This document shows positions 56,343 to 64,000 of a DNA stretch of 64,000 nt, piece after piece. Below the pieces are notes generated by a model. The model did not search any database. It was not told the origin of the DNA and worked only from the letters and a program-made list of their open reading frames with translations. A program made the translations under genes and the position numbers. Positions within the stretch are counted from its first letter, which is position 1; every line of letters starts with the position of its first letter. The DNA lies in the IMG/VR virus record IMGVR_UViG_3300023174_000033, positions 1 through 64,000 of that record, one strand, 5' to 3'.

Positions 56343-56372
56343 AAAAAGGGTCCAAATATGGACCCTTTTTTT
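56343..56372. terminator. Bidirectional intrinsic terminator
   Basis: AAAAAGGGTCCA-AATA-TGGACCCTTTTTT. Confidence 0.85.
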
Positions 56373-57123
56373 ATTTCTTTCTAAATACTCTATTATGACC
56401 TACACAAATTAGTTCTTCATATTCTGAATTAAATTCTAAAAAGTTTTTAATTGCCAAGGATACTTCGTAATGGCCAGAAAACCTTTGATTATTCTGAATA
56501 AGACCTTTGAAGTAAGAACTATCGTCAAAAACTACAAGAGATCCAGATTTTGCCAAGTCTGGTAGTAAGCTAATATCTGAAACTACCGCATTATAATCAT
56601 GTCCACCATCAATATAGATAAGGTCAAACTTACCAAGGGATTTTATTTTTTCAATAATATGTGAGTCGTTTGATAATCCTTTGATAATATTTTTATTGAT
56701 ATCAAATTCCAAATTTAAATCTTTAAATAATTTGGTGATTATCTCGGAATAGTTTTCTTTTCCATATTGTGAGTATTTATCACCGGTATCATCAAGTGGA
56801 GTTACTCCAATAAATTCAACCACTTTATTTGTTTTATCAGCAAGAGATTTAACAAGACTTAAAACTTGTGCTTTATAAACACCGATTTCAATAAATCTAA
56901 ATTGTTCTGGCATAGAATTTACTAGCTCCCTCCATAAAACGTGAAATGGTCTTTCACCAAATCCCAAGTTATTTTCTTCAATGAATAATCTATGATTTTT
57001 TAGAAAATCATCTTGGTAGAACTCATTTGAAAAGATTTCGTAAATTTGATTTACTTCTTTGTTTCTGTGCAATTCAATCATTTTAATTTTTTTTATTTCT
57101 ATTATAAAAGTAGGATTGGGCAT
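56371..57123 (-). CDS. Class I SAM-dependent methyltransferase
   Basis: IEIGVYK, FDLIYIDGGHDY..V..D and FDD motifs; true start probably MIELHR. Confidence 0.85.
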   Translation of the reverse strand: MPNPTFIIEIKKIKMIELHRNKEVNQIYEIFSNEFYQDDFLKNHRLFIEENNLGFGERPFHVLWRELVNSMPEQFRFIEIGVYKAQVLSLVKSLADKTNKVVEFIGVTPLDDTGDKYSQYGKENYSEIITKLFKDLNLEFDINKNIIKGLSNDSHIIEKIKSLGKFDLIYIDGGHDYNAVVSDISLLPDLAKSGSLVVFDDSSYFKGLIQNNQRFSGHYEVSLAIKNFLEFNSEYEELICVGHNRVFRKK

Positions 57124-57400
57124 AACCTAAATCCTTTACCAATATTTCTTCTCTTACATATGCGTCAGTTTCATATTCATCAAGGATAAGAAGTTCCTCA
57201 TTAGTTACTTCAATAACTTGACCAACAACGCATCCAGCGGAATGAGGGAATAATCTCGGATAAGCGGTTCCTTCCACATTCCAATCACGCAGAAGAATGT
57301 AATTATCAATTAATCCAAACTTACCTTCACAAACCCGACCAAGTAAATCCAATTGAACATTTGGATCAAGTAAAGTTCCATAGATGAAAAGTTTTTCCAC
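57083..57400 (-). CDS. Gamma-glutamylcyclotransferase (AIG2-like)
   Basis: LFIYGTL, YP and LDEYE..Y.R motifs; probable GTG start. Confidence 0.85.
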   Translation of the reverse strand: MEKLFIYGTLLDPNVQLDLLGRVCEGKFGLIDNYILLRDWNVEGTAYPRLFPHSAGCVVGQVIEVTNEELLILDEYETDAYVREEILVKDLGYAQSYFYNRNKKN

Positions 57401-57422
57401 TGAATGTATAGTCCAAGAAATA

Positions 57423-57761
57423 TCAAAAGTTGAATATTGTTCTTGGGTTTTTAAAGGTTGAGTTCTTAAACCAATCTTCATAAAAGTAATGTAGGTTTGA
57501 ACATTGAATTAGGAAATTTTCAACTTGTGTTTGTGTTAAATCAAACCATTCACCTGATACCTTTCTATCCCCATAATTTCTATGCAATTGTGCTTCAATT
57601 TTTGTGGCCCACTTTGATTCAAAAATAGTTTCAACAGTTAATTCTTGATGGTTTCCGGTTTTCAACTGTTTGAGTCTTTGGTCAATTGGTTTTTTCGTAA
57701 AACCAATTTTATATTTTTTACCATCTACATCACCACAAGAAATTAAATAAACTTTGGACAT
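57423..57761 (-). CDS. GIY-YIG (T5orf172/MUG113-like) protein
   Basis: VYLI…YKIGFT…RLKQL.TGN, E..LH and GEWF motifs. Confidence 0.88.
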   Translation of the reverse strand: MSKVYLISCGDVDGKKYKIGFTKKPIDQRLKQLKTGNHQELTVETIFESKWATKIEAQLHRNYGDRKVSGEWFDLTQTQVENFLIQCSNLHYFYEDWFKNSTFKNPRTIFNF

Positions 57762-57817
57762 ATAAACGATATATATTCATTTAATTTTTCCCAAGTGGAT
57801 AACTTTTAAACAAAAAA

Positions 57818-58729
57818 TTGAATAATATTATGGATTTATCAAAATTTATAATAGGTGAAAATTTAAAAGACCTATCCACTATTAGTATCAATTTCACTAA
57901 TCATCAACAAAAAAGAAATTATAGTAGAAACAATATAGTTTTTTGTAAAACTGATTTAGTTTTAATGCTTTTCAATGAAGTAAGTAATCTTGACATCAAT
58001 ATCATATTAATAACCCATCAGTCTGATTATGAAGTAAATAATATGAATCCTTTGATTGATGGTTCTGGAAATTTATTAATTGATTGGACTAGGCCAGCAG
58101 AGGGAAATACACCAGCTTTATATAAAATTAAACCACCTCAAATAAAAAAATGGTTCGCTCAAAATGTCAATCATAAAAGTGACAATTTAATACCGTTACC
58201 AATTGGACTTGAAAATCATCATGGTCCATCAAGGGGTGGATCAATTGATCCAAATTACTTGGAAGGATTGGAGGATATAAATACTGATAATATTTGTAAA
58301 GAAGGAAAAGTAACTGATAAAATTTATTTGAATTTTGGTAAAACTCATAATAATAGAGAAAATGTTAGAAATTTTCTTATTGAATCTAAACTTTCCTTTA
58401 TTGAAAATGAAAAACTCTCTTATACAAATTACTTGAAAAAAATAAGTGATTTTTTATTCATAGCTTCCCCTAGGGGAAATGGTATTGATACCCATAGAAC
58501 TTGGGAAGCTCTTTATATGGGATCAATACCAATTGTAGAAAAACATCATATGTATGATACTTATAACCTTCCAATCTGGCAAATTGAATCTTGGGATGAA
58601 GTAACTAACGAATCAAAAAGAAATTATTGGATTGAAAGATATAAATCTGGCAATTTATTCAAAAATATTGACCAACTATTCATGGAATATTGGAAAAATA
58701 GAATTTTGGATGAATACAATAAACTTTGA
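57818..58729 (+). CDS. Exostosin-like (GT47) glycosyltransferase
   Basis: WFAQN, PLPIGL and SPRGNGIDTHRTWEALY.GSIPIV motifs. Confidence 0.75.
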   Translation: MNNIMDLSKFIIGENLKDLSTISINFTNHQQKRNYSRNNIVFCKTDLVLMLFNEVSNLDINIILITHQSDYEVNNMNPLIDGSGNLLIDWTRPAEGNTPALYKIKPPQIKKWFAQNVNHKSDNLIPLPIGLENHHGPSRGGSIDPNYLEGLEDINTDNICKEGKVTDKIYLNFGKTHNNRENVRNFLIESKLSFIENEKLSYTNYLKKISDFLFIASPRGNGIDTHRTWEALYMGSIPIVEKHHMYDTYNLPIWQIESWDEVTNESKRNYWIERYKSGNLFKNIDQLFMEYWKNRILDEYNKL

Positions 58730-58730
58730 A

Positions 58731-58874
58731 TTACTTACCTTGTCCTTTGTATTTCTTCTTATACATTTTGGATCCTTTAGCTGATGAATTCTTTTTAGCG
58801 TGTCTTTTCAGTCTCTTTTTGGATCTCTTTTTGAAAAGAATTGAGGTAGATGATTTTGTAGGTTTAGCTGCCAT
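58731..58874 (-). CDS. 47-aa highly basic peptide
   Basis: MAAKPTKSSTSILFKKRSKKRLKRHAKKNSSAKGSKMYKKKYKGQGK*, preceded by AATATATA; missed by the ORF track. Confidence 0.7.
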   Translation of the reverse strand: MAAKPTKSSTSILFKKRSKKRLKRHAKKNSSAKGSKMYKKKYKGQGK

Positions 58875-58900
58875 TTTTGAATTATATATTTAATTCAAAA

Positions 58901-60070
58901 TCAATTTTTTGATAGAAAATTATCAACCTCAATCCTTCTTATTTCCCTACCTAAATCACCTTTTTTAAAACCCTTTCTAATCAAATCTTGCACATTCGTC
59001 ACTGGCATCCAATTAGAAAACTTTACTATATTTTTACTTTTTAAAATATTTCCCCATTCTAAAATTGTAGAATTATCAATCTTTGATTGTAGTTTTTCTT
59101 TATAATAATCATAAACTAAATTTAAATCAAATTTTGATATTTTTAAGAGAAATACAACCTTTTTAGCAATTTCAATTTCAATCTTATATACTTGAACCAT
59201 TTTATTTTCAAGGTCAAATGGATTCTCAAATAAAAACAAATTTGATAGAATTAAAACAAAATTATCACTATTGATAAGTTTTGTATTTATTTTTGAATTT
59301 GGGAATAATTCTACCCACATATCATATTCTGTGATTAGACTTAAAAAGAAATTAAAATCTTCAGATTGTTTCCAAGCTTTAGTAAATTCACTCCAAATCC
59401 TTTCTTGGGATATTCTTTTCTCTTTATTTGTATCTAAATCAATTGTTGTTAATTTGTTTTTATTTTTGATTGCTTGTTTGGTAGACTCGTCTAATTCCGA
59501 TTTATATCTTGAAGCAAATCTAAAAGCTCTTAATATTCTCAAGGAATCTTCATCAAATCTCTCTGATGCGTTTCCAACCATCTTTATTATGTTTTTATTC
59601 AAATCTTCTTTACCTCCGGTTAAATCTACAATTTCTTTTGTATCTAAATCGTAGAATAAAGCATTGAATGTTATGTCTCTTCTTTTTACATCATCTTCAA
59701 TTGTCACTCCCAATTTAACTTGTGGGTTTCTACCCTTTGAAATATCTTGTCTGAATGTGGTTATTTCAATTCCATCTGGTTGATCATCGGTATATACAAC
59801 TATAGTTCCATAAGCTTTTCCTTGTATATTAGTATTGTATCTATCTTGTAAAAAACTTAATACTTCATCAGGCAGGGCGTTTGTGGTTAAATCAAAATCT
59901 TTTGGATCATCTCCTTTAAGGAAATCTCTAACAGCACCACCGACTATATAAAGTTTTTTACCTTGTTGATTGAATATTTTATGTATATCTTTTATAGATT
60001 TTGGTATAATTGACCATAGATCCATTTGACTTGATTCAACCAAGAAGTTTTTAAAATTTAAAATACGCAT
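58901..60070 (-). CDS. cca: CCA-adding tRNA nucleotidyltransferase (class II)
   Basis: VGGAVRD, DFDLTT, EITTFR, D..RRD.TFNA, RFDEDSLRILRAFRF and SQERI..E motifs. Confidence 0.9.
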   Translation of the reverse strand: MRILNFKNFLVESSQMDLWSIIPKSIKDIHKIFNQQGKKLYIVGGAVRDFLKGDDPKDFDLTTNALPDEVLSFLQDRYNTNIQGKAYGTIVVYTDDQPDGIEITTFRQDISKGRNPQVKLGVTIEDDVKRRDITFNALFYDLDTKEIVDLTGGKEDLNKNIIKMVGNASERFDEDSLRILRAFRFASRYKSELDESTKQAIKNKNKLTTIDLDTNKEKRISQERIWSEFTKAWKQSEDFNFFLSLITEYDMWVELFPNSKINTKLINSDNFVLILSNLFLFENPFDLENKMVQVYKIEIEIAKKVVFLLKISKFDLNLVYDYYKEKLQSKIDNSTILEWGNILKSKNIVKFSNWMPVTNVQDLIRKGFKKGDLGREIRRIEVDNFLSKN

Positions 60071-60127
60071 TAATTATATATTAGAAACAAATATAAATAT
60101 CTTTTATATAAAAAGAAAAGTAAATCC

Positions 60128-60385
60128 TTGTTTTTTTGTGGAAATTTACCTTTTATGGAATTAGGTTTTATACAAACAGATGAAAACCTATGGGTCAAAT
60201 ACACCGATCAAAAAGTATCAGTCCCACATTTCATAATATCAACTACAATAAATCCTGTATCTCAAACTTTTGTTTTGAAGAATTTATTAAAAAATGAAAC
60301 AATGTCAACTAATTCATTTGATAAGATAAGAGAGGTGGTTATTTCAGGTCAAAGGGAGTTTAAATTAAATCAATTATTCCAGTAA
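60128..60385 (+). CDS. Small hypothetical protein (…QREFKLNQL family)
   Basis: C-terminal motif; true start probably MELGF. Confidence 0.55.
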   Translation: MFFCGNLPFMELGFIQTDENLWVKYTDQKVSVPHFIISTTINPVSQTFVLKNLLKNETMSTNSFDKIREVVISGQREFKLNQLFQ

Positions 60386-60417
60386 ACTTAAATTCAAGCA
60401 AACATATAATCAAAACT

Positions 60418-60597
60418 ATGAAAACTTTAAAGAAAAATGGAACCATCGTCAGAGTTACAGATAAGGAAGCTGATGATAAAATTAAATTCGGTTGGGAGTT
60501 TTGTCCTAAACATGAGTGGAAAACTAATGTGAGAGATTTTGGCAAGACTAGTAAGAAATCCAAAAAGAACGATGAAGAAACTGTTTCAGAAGATTAA
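60418..60597 (+). CDS. 59-aa hypothetical protein
   Basis: MKTLKKNGTIVRVTDKEA…GWEFCPKHEWK…; TAATG overlap with the next gene. Confidence 0.65.
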   Translation: MKTLKKNGTIVRVTDKEADDKIKFGWEFCPKHEWKTNVRDFGKTSKKSKKNDEETVSED

Positions 60598-61040
60598 TGG
60601 AACTTATATCAACACATATTTGCAAAGCATCTGAAACTGGTCTTCATCAGAATATGTTCGGAGGCCATATGTTGAGTCTTATTGACGAGTCAGCGGTGGT
60701 CTATGCAATGCAATTGTGTGATACTCCTCGGATGGTCACTGTGATGATTGACCAATTAGTTTTCAAAAAACCAGTAAAAGTTGGTAACTTAATTAAAATC
60801 TATGGTAAAGTATCTGATTTCGGCACGACTTCAATTAAATTGTATATCGAAGTTAGAAAACATAATGTTTACACTGGAAATCAAGAGATAGTTACCCACA
60901 CTAATATCAAATTCGTAAGGATTGATGAAGAAGGAAACCCCTTATCCATTTCTGACCGGGTCAAATCACGTTACTTTGAGAGACTCGGCAAATATGGAAA
61001 GGGGTTACTTTCTATTGATGAAAAAAATATTAAAGAGTAG
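60597..61040 (+). CDS. Acyl-CoA thioesterase (hotdog fold, YciA-like)
   Basis: NMFGG..LS.IDE, VTV..D…FKKPV.VG, GTTS and FV.IDE.G.P motifs. Confidence 0.9.
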   Translation: MELISTHICKASETGLHQNMFGGHMLSLIDESAVVYAMQLCDTPRMVTVMIDQLVFKKPVKVGNLIKIYGKVSDFGTTSIKLYIEVRKHNVYTGNQEIVTHTNIKFVRIDEEGNPLSISDRVKSRYFERLGKYGKGLLSIDEKNIKE

Positions 61041-61932
61041 GACCTGCATCAACTATAGATTCCAATGTAGCTTCAGTTGCATCTGGAAGAGCTGAAAGGA
61101 TATCATATCCAGTCGCTGCTTCGATATCATCTACTGTTGTTCTATATCCAGCCCAAGTAGAAGTTACAATAGTTTGTGTATTAGGTGTATTTACAGCAAT
61201 AACTCTTGTAGCTGTAGTAACTCTTGAGATATCGTTTGTTCCCTGTGGTATGACTAATACTACTTTCCAAATATTTGATGGAACTGTGACTCTACCACCA
61301 TCCAATGTTGTTTTATATCCAGCAGAACCAGTTCCACCAACACCATAAGAACCACAGATGATGTAACACTCATTACCTTGAGTTACAAGTTTTCTACAAT
61401 AAGCCTCTAATTTTTCCCAAGTTTGTTGATTATTATTAGGAGCTTGAGGCATCATATTTGTCATTAAAAAAGTCTCTCTGTTATCAGTAGAGTTTAAGGT
61501 TCTATCGCCAGAGGGACAGTTATGACCTCTATCGAAACCAGAACCTGTGTAAGATGTAGTACTAACCCGATACCATGTAGATGGGAGAGTTGCGTCAGAT
61601 GAAAAACAATCACATCTAGTGGCCGAACCCAACCAAGTATTATCCAAGTGCCAAGAAACCCAGTTTGGTTTTCCCTGAACAGAGTTATAGCTTAGAGCGA
61701 ATCCAGTTTTTTGCATTAAATAGTTTGTGTTGGCAACTGTTGAAGTTGTTGCATTGCTTGGATTTCCCATTAAAATATTATCAGAATCGGTTCTAAAAGC
61801 ATATTGACCTTCCTCTTGTTGAGGAGGTGTTGAGGTGACCATTGGTTGAATTGGTTCGTCTTTCTCACATGATGAGAAAAAAATCCCAACGAAAAGAATA
61901 AAGACTTTGATAAAGTTATCTAACATAATCAT
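61030..61932 (-). CDS. DNA/RNA non-specific endonuclease (NucA-like) lipoprotein
   Basis: FSSC lipobox; NWVSW, SGFDRGHNCPS.DR, TF.MTNM.PQ..N…W..LE and VP…WK motifs. Confidence 0.93.
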   Translation of the reverse strand: MIMLDNFIKVFILFVGIFFSSCEKDEPIQPMVTSTPPQQEEGQYAFRTDSDNILMGNPSNATTSTVANTNYLMQKTGFALSYNSVQGKPNWVSWHLDNTWLGSATRCDCFSSDATLPSTWYRVSTTSYTGSGFDRGHNCPSGDRTLNSTDNRETFLMTNMMPQAPNNNQQTWEKLEAYCRKLVTQGNECYIICGSYGVGGTGSAGYKTTLDGGRVTVPSNIWKVVLVIPQGTNDISRVTTATRVIAVNTPNTQTIVTSTWAGYRTTVDDIEAATGYDILSALPDATEATLESIVDAGPTL

Positions 61933-61998
61933 AAGTTTTTTTTTATTATATATTCCAATATATTATATTGAAAAAACTAATAAATAAAAGAATTCATC

Positions 61999-64000
61999 TT
62001 ATTCAATATCAGTGTCGACGATGTTGTGGTAATAGTTGTAGAAGGCAGAATTATCATTATCAATATAATTGAATTCCGATAAATATATGTAAGTATTACT
62101 GTAGTCAACTGGCTTTTCGGGTATAGACAGAATTTTACAACGCTTTACCACCGATCCAGCTTGAAATTGGGGTATACCAGAATTCGGATAAGATCTTTTA
62201 TCGATGAAAGAATTCTCAAGACTACCAGCAAACGGGTTAGGTGTCCAATCACCAACGAACCAAAGATTTCTAATCACAGAGGCAGTTCCAACTCCACAAT
62301 CTTTCATAATTTTATTACAAGAACCTATTTTCAGATTTTCAATTCTTATATTATCTAGTTTATTACTCGAAGAAGTGTAAACTTGGAAAGCCTCATCACA
62401 AGAAATAGCCTCAATATCCTTATACCAACCACTTATATTGATGCTATTTGCACCCCCAACAAATGTGCTTTTGAAAAAATGTCCTGTGATTGATCCCGCT
62501 TTTATCTTTTGATAGGTCCCATCAAATTTACCACTAGACACAAAACAATCACCGCTAACATTACCTACTTGAATATTTTCAAAAAAATTATCTGAAGAAT
62601 CAAAAGATCCCGAAGTAAATACGTCACCCAGACAGTCTCCAAGCGTTATATTTCTAAATTTTCTTCCAATTATTTGATCTCCGAAAAATGCCTGTCCTGC
62701 AATATTTCCGGTCTTCACATCATAAACATCACAATTTAGTTCTTGGTCTGCTACAAAAAAGTTAATACCTAGGTTATTAATATTAATATTCCTGAAACTA
62801 CCCTCAATATTTCCAGCACTTGAATGAAAACAATAATTTCCAACATTTCCACCATAAATGTTAGAAGCGGTACAGGAGGTAAAAGCTTGAGTGTCACAAA
62901 AATCATAACAACTCTCAAATATTAAATTTTCAATCTTTCCATATAAGCTTTCTGCCTTTATACAATTTGTTACATTACCAATTATTATATTTTGAACACC
63001 GATCCCCAAGTAAACAGTCGATTCTAAAAACGAATTAAAAGTACCAAGAAATTTAGAATCTTTAATTGTTGCTGTGGTGGTATCTGCCACAAAACAATTA
63101 GTATTCAATGTATTTATGTCACTGAACGTACCTATAATTGTGAGTGAGTTGAATATGGATAAGCTATCCACATTGATATTTTCAAAGACTCCAAGGATTG
63201 TACTCGGGCAATTTAAAACTGTACTACTACTAGATTGTAAAACTGTCAAATCTTGAATTTGCCCCGAAAAATAATTTACGGACAGTACTGATGAAGTTAT
63301 GTTTTTAAGGTTTATATTTTTTAAAGTTCCACTCATAGTATAAATTGAATAGAAAACATTTTCAGCTCCATCAACTTGAATATTTTCAAAGTATCCATCA
63401 TTAAGTCCAGTAATACCAGGTTCAAAAATAGTACTAACATTCTTGAATTTCATATTCTTAAACTTTCCAGTGATTATCCTTGATGAAAATATAGTTGTAT
63501 TGGAATTATTTATTTCGATGTTTTCGAAGGTTCCTATTAAACTAGCTATAGAGGAAAAAGAATCATAGGTCGATGTGGTTACTTCACCTATAAATATATT
63601 ACTAAAAGTTCCTGCAATTGTATTACCGCCGGTAAATAACGTATCGACACTTTTGGCACTAATGTTGGTGAATTTACCATCAATTGAAGTTTGAGCAAAA
63701 AAAGCATTCGCGCCATCTTCTATAATTATATTTGTATACTCACCCCTAATATCACTCCAAAAATTTGTTATATCGAATGTAATACCACCAAAAGCAACAT
63801 TTTTCCATCTAGGATAAGACTGATCAATTGCATAACAAGATCCGTCGCCTGGTAAATAAATGTTTTCCAATCCAAAATCAAAACCAGTACTATCTCTAAC
63901 AACTGGCCCACCTATGGTATTTCTCAAAACCGTGTGATATGGATTACTTGACAACCCGATGTAATCAGTGAACCCTACCGGAATTAATTCGCTTGTAGTG
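61999..64000 (-). CDS. Large beta-helix-like repeat protein (probably structural); 5' end outside the window
   Basis: Frame stays open from 63954 to 64000; repeated GTFxNI units. Confidence 0.7.
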   Translation of the reverse strand, partial: TTSELIPVGFTDYIGLSSNPYHTVLRNTIGGPVVRDSTGFDFGLENIYLPGDGSCYAIDQSYPRWKNVAFGGITFDITNFWSDIRGEYTNIIIEDGANAFFAQTSIDGKFTNISAKSVDTLFTGGNTIAGTFSNIFIGEVTTSTYDSFSSIASLIGTFENIEINNSNTTIFSSRIITGKFKNMKFKNVSTIFEPGITGLNDGYFENIQVDGAENVFYSIYTMSGTLKNINLKNITSSVLSVNYFSGQIQDLTVLQSSSSTVLNCPSTILGVFENINVDSLSIFNSLTIIGTFSDINTLNTNCFVADTTTATIKDSKFLGTFNSFLESTVYLGIGVQNIIIGNVTNCIKAESLYGKIENLIFESCYDFCDTQAFTSCTASNIYGGNVGNYCFHSSAGNIEGSFRNININNLGINFFVADQELNCDVYDVKTGNIAGQAFFGDQIIGRKFRNITLGDCLGDVFTSGSFDSSDNFFENIQVGNVSGDCFVSSGKFDGTYQKIKAGSITGHFFKSTFVGGANSINISGWYKDIEAISCDEAFQVYTSSSNKLDNIRIENLKIGSCNKIMKDCGVGTASVIRNLWFVGDWTPNPFAGSLENSFIDKRSYPNSGIPQFQAGSVVKRCKILSIPEKPVDYSNTYIYLSEFNYIDNDNSAFYNYYHNIVDTDIE

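Noticed and set aside
3886-63256. Numerous short antisense ORFs nested in longer genes
   Set aside because: They overlap well-supported genes on the opposite strand and lack motifs or promoters.
1-64000. Alternative genetic code
   Set aside because: Recognisable enzymes are full-length under the standard bacterial code, and TAA, TAG and TGA all act as stops.

Overview
An AT-rich, gene-dense segment of what is very probably a large (jumbo/huge) dsDNA phage infecting a Bacteroidota host. About 19 TAnnTTTG boxes, many with a TTTG 19-22 nt upstream, match the Bacteroidota housekeeping promoter. The window carries host-like metabolic and translation genes (pyrF, prs, smpB, cca, a minimal GluRS, tRNA-Trp, a desaturase, a thioesterase, a cytosine-deaminase-like enzyme). 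It also has two DNA methyltransferases, glycosyltransferases, lipoproteins, fibre-like proteins and about 25 unrelated proteins sharing an N-terminal MK(H/Y)LKxFExF tag. The main finding is at 9660-14735, an integron-like gene-cassette array. Eight cassettes are separated by palindromic sites with a fixed architecture (TAAC-5 nt-stem/loop/stem-TT-GTTA) but three different sequence classes. Most cassettes have mutually complementary ends. The array ends next to a tyrosine recombinase whose catalytic middle has been replaced by an antisense GIY-YIG endonuclease. All functional calls come from motif recognition by eye; no database searches were run.
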